Below are positions 11,701 through 22,149 of a stretch of 64,000 nucleotides of DNA, in pieces. The position numbers and the translations under genes are program-made. Each line of letters starts with the position of its first letter. Position 1 is the stretch's first letter. Source of the stretch: Hypanus sabinus (lineage: Eukaryota); the NCBI RefSeq assembly GCF_030144855.1, contig NC_082726.1:15066001-15130000 (forward strand). Reading direction: 5' to 3'. Under the pieces are notes generated by a model. That model had not been told where the DNA came from, made no database searches, and saw only the letters and a list, made by a program, of their open reading frames with translations.

Positions 11701-14179
11701 GCTCAATGCCCAAAGCTCTCCAGTGCGTCGACAAATCAGCTGGAGGAACTCGGTAGGTCGAGTGGCATTTGCTGGAGGAAAGGAACTGCCGACGTTTCGG
11801 GTCGAAACCCTGCACCGGGTCCTCGGAGGGAGAAGGCATTTCCCCCCCAAAGACGACACACTTTATTAGCGGAGTACACTGGAGACAGGAACAATCGACC
11901 CGAAATATTGAGAGTTTCTTTTCCTCTCAGATGCTGCCAGATCTTTGTTTCTTCAGTGGATTGCTTGTTTCCGCAGATCTCAGCATCTAGTCTCGTGTCT
12001 CGAATCTCCAAGTGATATTTCTGTCACTGACCCCATCCCCCTTTGGGGGAGTGGGGTTGAGATAGTGCTGCAACACTAGAGCTGCTGTCTTTCCATAAGA
12101 CAGTAACTGAGGATAGTACTTACTCTCACAAGCAGCGTTAAAGACGTGACAGGATATTAATTGGGTTAAAAAACGGTGAGTGGGGGGATTCTCTCCCTTG
12201 TTCTAGTCTCCATCTAGACCCGTAATTGTGCGATTTTCCTGAGCGCACATTGAAAGCTAAATTTTCTATATTGCAACATGACCTACCTACCTCGAATTTG
12301 AGTCTATTTCTTGGGCAGTGACATGCTCCGGGTTGTCCTGAAGTCCTGAAAGATGTATTCGGATAATACTTTAAATATAAAGTAGTATCCGATGGCGGGA
12401 ATCAAAAATATGATGCCGAATCTCTTGGCCAAAATATGTTCAAAGAAAGAAATGAAGGCAGTGAGGCTGTGGGGTTCTCAGAAAGAATGTTATAGCTTAG
12501 GGCAACTATAGCTGAAGACAAGTCTGACAGTGGTAGAACTATTAAGACAACTGGAGATGTGCAAGAGGTCAGAATTAGAAGATTGGAGGACAGTTGCTGA
12601 AGCAAGATAAGCTGGAACACTAGAATCTCCCTTTACTCCCACCACCCCCCCCCCCCAGATGCTGCTTGAGTTCCTGACATTGACGTGTGTTGCTCCAGTT
12701 TACAGCATCTGCAGCCTGTTTTGTCTCCATCTGCATGCCGCATGTTTCTGATTACTGACTAGTGGCCCCTGGTGGAGAGCATGTGAGTGGCAGGACAAAA
12801 GTGGTCCCACAAAAATTCAGCCTCCTCCCACCTTACCACTACTACAGTATCTTCAAACCCTTTCTCCTCTCTATATTTTCCTCACATCCACACAATTTGC
12901 CTTAACTACAGCGTGGTAACAGATTACACATTCTTCCAATAACAACCTATATTTTTCATGAACCTATCTGACTCTTTGAATATTTATCAGTGTGATTGAA
13001 CAAATCATAGCACTTAACTGCATTAGAAAGATTATTATAATTGATTGAGCCTGATCAAAGGGCAAAACAGCTTCACCTAAATTTCACGTTGCTTTTATTG
13101 AATTTATGTATGGATTTTGAGGACAGGGTAAATCATACCCAAACAAGTAAATTTGGCTTCATCTACTATTACAGTATCTGTATATTTCACTGAAGGCACA
13201 GTCCTAAGTGAGGCACAAACGGCGTTGGGCCATTGATTGATTTCTTTTCATGTAAAATTTAAATAGGTTACTATCTTTAGGCCATTGGGAGTTGGAGAGA
13301 TCTCAGGATTGTTAGTTTGTCTCATCAGATACATTTCAGCATAAAAGAATCACCTTCTAGCCATTGCCTATACAACTCTGCTCAATTTATAAACTCCTTC
13401 TCAATCCTATGAACTTTCATCTTAACTATAGTTCTTTTTCATGAAGGACTATATTAAATAATTTCTGAAAGTCAAGATCAGCAACATTGCTTTCATCAAT
13501 GGGCAGGGTTAGATCCAAAAAGATTGCAGTAAATAATTAGAATTTGACATTTCTCTTTCTATGCCTTTTGATTTATTCTGTTCATTTTTCCTCATTGTTT
13601 GTGCCCTTCTGTTCTTAACAATTCTGCAATAAAACACATAGGTAGTGTAGTTCTTCATTCAATGGTATTGACAGGAAAAAATACTCTGCCTTCCCTTTTA
13701 TTTAGTGCCAGGAAGCTGGACATTGTTTTGTTTTGGCTAATTACATATTTTCCCTGCTGTCTTAACAGATAGAACACAGAGCAGTACAGCACAGGAATAG
13801 GTTCTTCAGTTCATGATGTCTGCACCCACTATGATATGAATTAAAATAAACCTTCCTGGCTGCATACAAAAATATGTATAATTTATGTTTTTTTCTAGTG
13901 AACGGTGCTTATTTGATACAATGTGCCTATGAAGCTGCTGCAAGTGAGGTTTTCATTGTACCTGTGCATACATAGACTTGTGCAAATGACAATCAACTTG
14001 ACTTCAGAATCAGAATCAGGTTTATTATCACTGATAGAAGTCATGAAATGTGTTGTTTTGTAGCAGCAGTACAGTGTAAGCAGAACAAATTACTATAAAC
14101 TACAATAATAAATAAATAAATATTGCGAAAGAAGAATAGTGAGGAAGTGTTCATGAACTGTTTGGAACTCTTTATCCGC

Positions 14180-14900
14180 TAAAGTTCAGCATTCAAAACT
14201 ATCATCCCCTCAAAACTAATCAATAAGCTACAAGACCTTGGCCTCAATACCCCCCTTGTGCAATTGGATCCTCGATTTCCTCACTTGTAGATCCCAGTCA
14301 GTTCAGATCGACAACAGCATCTCCTCCACAATTTCCATCAGCACAGGCTGTGTGTTTAGCCTTCTGATCTATTTGTTTTATACTTATGACTGTGAGGCTA
14401 AGCACAGTTCCAATGTCATATTTAAGTTTGCTGAAAGCACCACTACCATACACCAAATTAAAGGTGGTGACAAATCAGCATTTAGGATGATGATTAAAAG
14501 TCTGGCTGAGTGGTGCCACAACAACCTCTTACTCAATGTCAGTAAGACCAGGGGCTGATTATTGACTTCAGGAGGAGAAAACTGGTGGTCCATGAGGCAG
14601 TCTTTATTGGGGGATCAAAGGTGGAAAGGGTCAGCAACTTTAAATTCCTCAGTGTCATCATTTCATGCTGGGCCCAGCATGTAAGTCCAATTACAAAGAA
14701 GGCATGGTGGTGCCTCTACTTCCCTAGCAGTTTGTGAAGATTCAGCGTGACATCTAAAACTTCGACAAATTTCTATAGATGTGTGGTGGAGAGTATATTG
14801 ACCGATTGCATCACAGAGTATAGAAACACTAATGCTCTTGAATGGAAAACCCTAGGATACAGCCCAGTCGATCACAGATAAAGCCCTCCCCACCAACGAG
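14180..14900 (+). mobile_element. Rex1/Babar-type LINE reverse transcriptase fragment
   Basis: [18 protein letters not shown]...[16 protein letters not shown]...FKFAE (decayed PQG/FADD region); many stops. Confidence 0.8.
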
Positions 14901-15334
14901 TTTTCTTTATTTTTGTATTTGCACAGTTTGTTATCTTTTGCACACTGGTTGGTGTGGTCTTTCATTGATTCTATTCTGGCTACTGGATTTACTGAGTATG
15001 CCTGCAGGAAAATGAATCTCAGGGTTGTATATGGTGACATATATATACTTCGATAATAAATTTACTTTGAACATTGATAAGTCTGATGGCAAAAGGGAGG
15101 AAGCTGTTCCTAAAATGTTAAGTTTGTGTCTTTGTCTTTGATCCATATATTTCCTGCATGTTTATGTGATGTTTAATATTTAAACTTAACAAGCCACAAT
15201 AAATGCCAACTCATGAACTGCTAGGTCAAAGTGAGAGACTGCTGAATAGCTTTTATTTATTTCCAATAGTACAAAAGGTTAACAGGATATCTAGTTCAAG
15301 ATAATTAAAAAAGATTAAGTGAAAAGAAAACTTC

Positions 15335-16145
15335 GGAGCATGGAGCAAGGAGGAACATCTGGAAATCTCCAGGAAGGCCCTCTTCGTTGCTGCTGCTGCT
15401 GTGAGGTCCGGGTCTCTGCTGAGAAGAACAGGCCCCCAGTCCTTGAGGTCACGTTGCCGATGGCCGTTGGCGGGGGTGTCTTAATACGCTCAGCAGAGGA
15501 TGGTGCTCAGAGAAGCTGTGCCGGAGCGGATGGTCGGAGGCTTGGAGGTTCGATGGACTTGGAGTCCGCTGTGGTCAGGTCACTTTCAGTGTGTGCTGTG
15601 TCTGTGAGACTGGGTTCGACGGAGCTTTCATTGTGTGCTGCATCTGTGAGGCTGAGTCAGGCGGTGCCATGGAAGTCCATAGCAGAGGTATTCCCTTCTG
15701 CTGCCAGTGTGGGATGACGAATCTATCGGGACCCTGAGGACTTATGAAAACTGTGTGGTGGTTTCTTTCGAACTTATAGTCTTTTAACATCTTTGGACTA
15801 TTTTTACCGTGCCCATTGTCCATTTTTTAATCAAATTATGGTATTGTTTGTACTGTTGTAACTATGTTGTTTTTTGCAGGTCTTGTAGCTTTAGTTTTTG
15901 GTCTTGTTTTGTCTGGTGGTTTGGAGCTCCTTTCTGGGGAATGTGCTAAGATAGTAGCGCGATATTAATACGCAGCAGCCTCTCCGGACTATGGATTAGG
16001 GATTGCCAAACGCTATGTGGATTTTCTGGTGTAGTCTATTTTGTCATGTGCTTTGTTGATATCATTCTGGAGGAATGTTGTCTCATTTTTTAACTGCATT
16101 GTATTTGTGGTTTCTAAATGACAAATAAACTGAATCTGAATCTGA
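15335..16145 (+). mobile_element. Non-autonomous LINE-associated (SINE-like) insertion with (TGAATC)n tail
   Basis: GC/CpG-rich body, no credible ORF, ends aataaactgaatctgaatctgaa. The tail type matches the antisense gaatcagaatcag heads at 14005, 16628 and 16880. Confidence 0.55.
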
Positions 16146-17379
16146 AAATTAGTTTTATTTATTTATTTTCAATGTCAAATGTACATTGAAATTTACAGTG
16201 AAATGTGTCGCCTGTATCAATGACCAACAGTCTGAGGATTGTACAGGGGACTTAAGTTGTTTAGGGGAATATCTGTTCACAAACAAGAGGCTTGTGAAAA
16301 GTCCATAACTTCTCCCCTAAAGGCTGTTGGGGCAGACTTAATGGAAAATGTCAAAACTGATTGCAAGATCCCAGCTTATTGTTAGTAAAAGACACACAAT
16401 TAAGCTTAGTAAATGGAATTAGAAGGTAGATCAGCTTTGTTGAAATTGAATGATGTAGCAAGCTGAATGTCATATGCTTCCTTTCTTTCTTGTCTTACCT
16501 TGGGTATTTCACTGCATCAGACACATCCCAACGTTAAGTAAATTACATTGTGACTATAATAATGAATATATTTTTACAATACATGCTCTGTTTGGAATTG
16601 CCACTTAAAAAGGTTGGGAAATTTCTTTCAGAATCAGGTTTAGTATCACTGACATATGTCATGAAATTTGTTAGTTTAGCAGCAGCAGTACAATGCAATA
16701 ATGATAAATATAGGGAAAACCACTGAATTACTATATATATGTATATATATATATATTAAATAGTTAAATTAAGATCAATGCAAAACATTTTTATTTAAAG
16801 TAGAGGAGTAGTGCATATTCCCCACAAGTTTCAATCTGAAGGAATGAACAGCAGTGTCCAGCTGTGTGTTACTGAATTTCAGAATCAGAATCAGGTTTGA
16901 TATCACTGCCATATGTGCCGAAATTTGTTGTCTTTGCAACAGCAGTATAATACATAATAATTGGGGGGAAATGTGAATTACAGTAAGTAATTATACCAAA
17001 TCATTAAATTAAATAAGTAGTGCAAAAATACAAATAAAAACGTAGTGAGGTAGTGTTCTTGGGTTCAATGTCCATTGAGAAATCACGTTTTCAGTCTTGT
17101 ACAGCTCCCAGGATGTATTTACATGGTCCTATCTCAGTGCTGACCTGGACCTTGGTAATAGACAAGGAGGATGGATATACACTGATTTTTTTTTAAAGGA
17201 TTTTCTTTGGTTTACTTCATCACCAGAAATCTAATGAAATTTGGGAATTTAAGTAACAACAACCGTGTAGAATGTAATTAACGATGCTGTTCTAAAAATC
17301 TAATTACTAAAGCTATTAGCATTTACATACTGTATAAAATTTTGCTTAACTGTAGTTGAAGGATTTCTGGAACTTTCGT

Positions 17380-17790
17380 TGGAGACACGTGCGGGGTGAG
17401 ACCGGCAATTTTTCTAAACTTTGTCCAACAATGTTTGACAGGTAAAAAGAGTTTGAGGTGACATTAGTTTATTGCCGCGGTGCCTGTTATCTCAGTTCGC
17501 TGCCGCAGAACCCGCGATCCCCAGCGATCAACCTCCTCCCGCCATTCGCCTGCCGGCAGCTCAGCGCTCCGTCGTGAAGCTTGCACTTTGCGACACGGAA
17601 GCTCCGGCCGACGCTGCTCCGATCAAGGCAACGGTTGCTGGGGAACGGGTTGGCTGGGTGCTGGGTTAATGTCGCTCCTTGGCGACGAAGCTAACAAACG
17701 GCGGCCGGTGACTGGGGCTGCAGGGGGAAGGTGGAGGCCGCACACGCTAGAGAGAGAGCGGCCGAAGGCTTCGGCAGCTGCCCAGCAGGG
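17380..17790 (+). promoter_or_regulatory. LRRC61 CpG island promoter
   Basis: Dense CpG; E-box CACGTG at 17386-17391; X-box-like GTTGCTGGGGAAC at 17634-17646. Confidence 0.7.
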
Positions 17791-17812
17791 ATGGTGCAGA
17801 AGGTCGGAGCCG
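17791..17812 (+). CDS. LRRC61: Leucine-rich repeat-containing protein 61, coding exon 1 (MVQKVGA)
   Basis: gggATGG start in a CpG-rich region; donor CCG|GTGAGT at 17813; phase 1 joins exon 2 in frame. Confidence 0.75.
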
Positions 17813-17918
17813 GTGAGTGTGGAGAGGGCTCGGGTGTTTCCTACCCCGCGACGGGATCAACAATCACCCCAACTGTGGTCAACACACACAACTCAGCAGG
17901 TCCTTTTATTATTTTCAG

Positions 17919-18014
17919 ATGAAGTAAGTGTAACGATCACTTCCGAGCTGCTCAAATCGATCACTGGGGAGTTTGACCTGGAGTCGATTTTGTTCTTAAA
18001 GCTGACGAAAATCG
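17919..18014 (+). CDS. LRRC61: LRRC61 coding exon 2
   Basis: ttttcag acceptor and GTGAGT donor. Encodes (D)EVSVTITSELLKSITGEFDLESILFLKLTKI, similar to human LRRC61 ITPQLLKSRTGEFSLESILLLKLR. Confidence 0.93.
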
Positions 18015-18057
18015 GTGAGTGCAATGATAGTTGGCTGAGAAACTCGTTTTTTTTAAA

Positions 18058-18193
18058 NNNNNNNNNNNNNNNNNNNNNNNNNNNNNNNNNNNNNNNNNNN
18101 NNNNNNNNNNNNNNNNNNNNNNNNNNNNNNNNNNNNNNNNNNNNNNNNNNNNNNNNNNNNNNNNNNNNNNNNNNNNNNNNNNNNNNNNNNNNN
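18058..18193. other. Assembly gap (136 N) in LRRC61 intron 2
   Basis: Run of N. Confidence 0.99.
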
Positions 18194-18363
18194 TTTTCAC
18201 TCTCATAGGTCCCATTCCGGGGTAGTGTTGATATGTTCTTAGTCCATTGAAGGAGTTGCCGTTATTACACCCTACCACCCCTTAATAACTTTCCAAACAG
18301 CTCTTACAAAAATTGATTATTATTTGACATGCAAACATGTCGCCAGACACGATTTACAGACAA

Positions 18364-19345
18364 ATTTTTTTCCCAATATTACTTTATTCAGAAATATTAC
18401 AAAATCATTTACATAGAAAAAAACATGCAATAATTCTGAGTCCTTATACAATAAAGTTATTTACAATAAATTATGCGTTGACTCTCTGTTCCTATTCAAA
18501 TTAAAGATGTTTATAATAAGACATTCATTGACTCTCAAACTTTAGACAAGGATTAAAGACTTATTTACAATAAAATGAAATTATTAACAATAAACATCCA
18601 GGCGTTGACTCCCATTCCTTTACCAAAGTTCCTTTATGGTCTATACATTTCCAGCCACTCCTGGGGCACCATGTTGACTCATCTATCCACACCGCTGATG
18701 AGGGGTATTCTCCTCCCCACCCGACCCCTCCCACTCCCATGGGTGATGAACCTTAAACTGTGGTCCTTCCCTAATGGGCCTTCGTGGTGGCTGCACCAAG
18801 CCTGAATGCATCCCTCAGCATGTAATCCTGCTGGTGAGAATGTGCCAGTTGGCAGCACTCCTCCACAGACATCTCCATGTGCTGGTAGACCACCAAGTTT
18901 TGGGCTGACCAAAGAGCGTCCTTCACCGAGTTGGTGATCTGCCAGCAGCACCAGACGTTTGTCTCTGTGTGCATCCCCATGAACAGCCCGTAAACCAGGG
19001 AGTCCTCAGTTACGCAGCTGCTGGGCATGAATCTTGACACCATCCCTTCCATCCTCCTCCACACCTTTTTCGCGAACTCACAGCGTGCAAAGAGGTGAGT
19101 CACTGACTTTGCCTCATTGCAGTCCTCCCATGGGCAGCAGGGTGTGGAGACGACGTTCCGGGCGTACAGGAGGGATCGGACTTGGAGGGCCCCTCTCACC
19201 GCCAGCCAGGCAAGGTCTTGGTGCCTGTTTGTGAGGTCTGGCGATGAGGCAATTTGCCAGATGTACTGGACAGTCTGCTCAGGGAACCACCCTACTGAGT
19301 CCATCTTGTCCTTCTGCAGTTCCTGCAGGACATTACGTACTGACA
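18364..19345 (-). mobile_element. Tx1/L1-clade LINE 3' end
   Basis: ORF 18771-19304 has the post-RT zinc-finger region (DLAWLAVRGAL...CPWEDC...SVTHLFARC...VW). Minus-strand AATAAA and short A tail at about 18364-18390. Confidence 0.85.
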
Positions 19346-19981
19346 GATATGGTCAACAGATCCATACAGATCCAAAACAGGCCGAACGGCCAAATAATTC
19401 AGACACGAGACTGCAGTTGCTGAAATCTGCTAGGCTGTAAATTCGAATGAGCTGCGACAAAACAGATGGATTATTATTAAACAATCAGCTGGAGGAACTC
19501 AGCAGGTTGAGCAGCATCTGTACAAAGAAAGGAATTGTTGACGTTTCAGATTCAAACTCCGCTCAAGCCCTAATATTGGGTTCCGTCCCAAAAAACTGGC
19601 AATTCCTTTCTCTCCACAGATGTTTGACCCACTGGGTTCCTAGAGCATATGGTTGTTGGGCCAAATAATCTACTGTTCCATGGCAGCTCATTGAGCAACA
19701 AGATAAAACAAACCATTAAGAGTGTCATCTGTTTATTTAAATAACAAAGACTTTCAATTATGTAACATAACATCTTTTGTCTTCAGGTACTTTTAAGTAT
19801 AATTAAATAATAGGAGCAGGAGAATTTTATACTGAACTTCTGACAATCCTTTTAGTTGGCAATGTCAAATTTTAGAAGGTAAAATCCAAAATATGATGTA
19901 AACCCAAGTATCTTTTTTAACAAGGGGAGTTTCAGAAAGGAGATTTATGTAAAGGAGTATCTATGTTGTTGCTTGCTTTAG

Positions 19982-20128
19982 ACATCTGCAATCTTGGATG
20001 CATTGGAGATTGTGTAAATCTGGAGAGGTTGGACTTATCAAGAAATGACATCTCAAACCTCAAGCCCTTGGCATCACTCAAACTTCTAACTGTACTCAAC
20101 TTGTCAGCCAATAGAATCTCCAATATCG
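19982..20128 (+). CDS. LRRC61: LRRC61 coding exon 3 (LRR repeats)
   Basis: ctttag acceptor, GTAAAG donor, 147 nt. Encodes DICNLGCIGDCVNLERLDLSRNDISNLKPLASLKLLTVLNLSANRISNI with LxxLxLxxNxI repeats. Confidence 0.95.
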
Positions 20129-20518
20129 GTAAAGTAACTATCAAATGATTTTATAAACAAATATCACAAACTTTCATCTGCTGACATAGTAAAATGTAAT
20201 TAACCTTTAACTGTTGACTCTATTTCTCCCTCATATGGTTCTGAATATTTCCAGCCATTTTCTATTTTTTGTATCACAGAATGAGAATGTGACTTTTACT
20301 TCTTTTAATATTTCATTGAGAATGATCATCCAGTAGAACTTATGTTGTTCACTCATACACACAACGTTACAATGACATGCACTAGGAAGCTTCTCATAAC
20401 TACTTTCTGATTAAGGGAATTCAGTTTGAAACACTAACTCTGTTTTTCTTTTCACACTTGATTCCTCACTTGTTGTTTTATTCCAGTATTTTTATTTAAG
20501 TCCCAGGATCTACACTTT

Positions 20519-21047
20519 CACTCAGTGGCCACTTTATTAGGTACACCTGTACTTCTGCTGGTTAATGCAAATATCTAATCAGTTAATTACATGGCAACAA
20601 CTCAATGCATAAAAGCTTGCAAGCATGGTCAAAAGAGGTAGTTGTTCAGATCTAACATAGGAACAGGGAAGAAATGTGATCTAAGTGCCTTTGGCCATGG
20701 AATGATTGCTGTTGCCAGATGGGGTGGTTTGAGTATCTCAGAAACTGCTAATTTCATGGGATTTTCACACACGACCGTCTTGAGTTTACAGAGAATGGTG
20801 TGGAAAAACAAAAAGAAAATCCAATGAGCAGCAGTTCTGTGGATGAAAACACCGTGTTAGTGAGAGAAGTTAGAGGAGAATAGTGAGACTGGTTCAAGGT
20901 GACAGTAACTCAAATGCTTCTTTAGTGGTGTTCAGAAGAACATCGAACCTTGACAAGGGTGGGGTACAACAGCAGAAGACCATGAACATACACTCTGTGC
21001 CCACCTTATTAGGTACAGAAGGTACCCAATAAAGGGGCCACTGAGTG
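20519..21047 (+). mobile_element. Internally deleted Tc1/mariner DNA transposon
   Basis: TIRs CACTCAGTGGCCACTTTATTAGGTAC / GTACCCAATAAAGGGGCCACTGAGTG. Transposase HTH remnant GKKCDLSAFGHGMIAVARWGGLSISETANFMGFSHTTV. Confidence 0.88.
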
Positions 21048-21870
21048 AATAGAGCCATTTTTACCTTCCAAACTAAACTCCACTCAACATTGTTCCACCT
21101 CAAATTACCTGCATAGAATATTTTTCAAAATAGATCTCGTTTGTATTTCAAAGCAGTAATGCTAACTGATTCATATATATCCTGGGAGATAATTTAATTG
21201 ACTCACTAAACTAATCTTTGAAGACTAATTTTGAACTTGCCTTCTCTTGCTCCTTCCAATAACTTCAAGTACAAATACAGACTGATTACATTCTGCACTA
21301 GTAGCTGAAACATCATGTGGTTTACTGAATTCTCATTCTAATGCTTCCTTTGTAAACACCAGCGTTTAACTTATAGATGTCATAATCTAATCACTTGAAT
21401 CATTCTGATTTATAAATAGCTGCAATATCCTTTAAGTACTTTGCTGATATTAGTTTGCTGGCCTGCAATTGTCCATCTTTTCCCTGCTGTCTTTTTTCAA
21501 TAGAAAGTACATTCATTATCCTCCAGTTATTCCGTACCACATCTATGTTCAGAAATTTGAAAATTTCCATCAAAGCCACAGCAAATTCTGCCCTTGAATC
21601 CCATATTGTCAGGCCTATCTTAATACCTACTTTCCAATGGCAATTTCAAAGTTGAAGTAAATTTATTACCAAAATACGTATATGTTACCATATACCACCT
21701 TGAGATTCATTTTCTTGCAGGCATTTACATGAAAATAAAGGTGTACAATAGAGTTTATGAAAAACATGCATAAAGACTAACAAACAACTGGTGTGCAAAA
21801 TAAGATCCATCACGCAAATAAAAAAAATACGTAATACTGAGAACATGAGTTGTAGAGTCCTTGAAAGTGA

Positions 21871-22050
21871 ACACAAAGTACACGGCAGATACTGTGGTCA
21901 AATCAACATGTACAAACAAGCTGGATGAACTCAGCAGGTCGGGCAACGTCTGTTGAAATGAGCAGTCAACGTTTCAGGCTGAGACCAAGGGTCCTGACGA
22001 AGGGTCTCGGCCCGAAACGTTGACTGCTCATTTCAATGGATGCTGCCCGA
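21871..22050. mobile_element. Fold-back Penelope pLTR mini-insertion with hammerhead-core motif
   Basis: Inverted arms at about 21936-21986 and 22003-22053; 12 bp direct repeat CCTTGAAAGTGA at 21859-21870 and 22051-22062. Confidence 0.75.
21991..22025 (+). ncRNA. Minimal type-I hammerhead ribozyme-like motif
   Basis: gtc-CTGACGA-a-GGG tctcgg CCC-GAAAC-GTT-gac: conserved core boxes, 3 bp stem II, loopless palindromic stem III (AACGTT), short stem I gtc/gac. Confidence 0.5.
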
Positions 22051-22149
22051 CCTTGAAAGTGAGCCTGTAGGTTGGGGGAGCTGTTCAGAGTTTTGGTGAA
22101 TGAAGTTATCCACTCTGGTTCAGGAACCTGATTGTTCATGCACCTGGTG

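Noticed and set aside
17480-18208. 242-aa ORF
   Set aside because: Artefact of GC-rich promoter read-through into LRRC61 exon 2, intron sequence and the N gap. Only 17919-18014 is coding in this frame.
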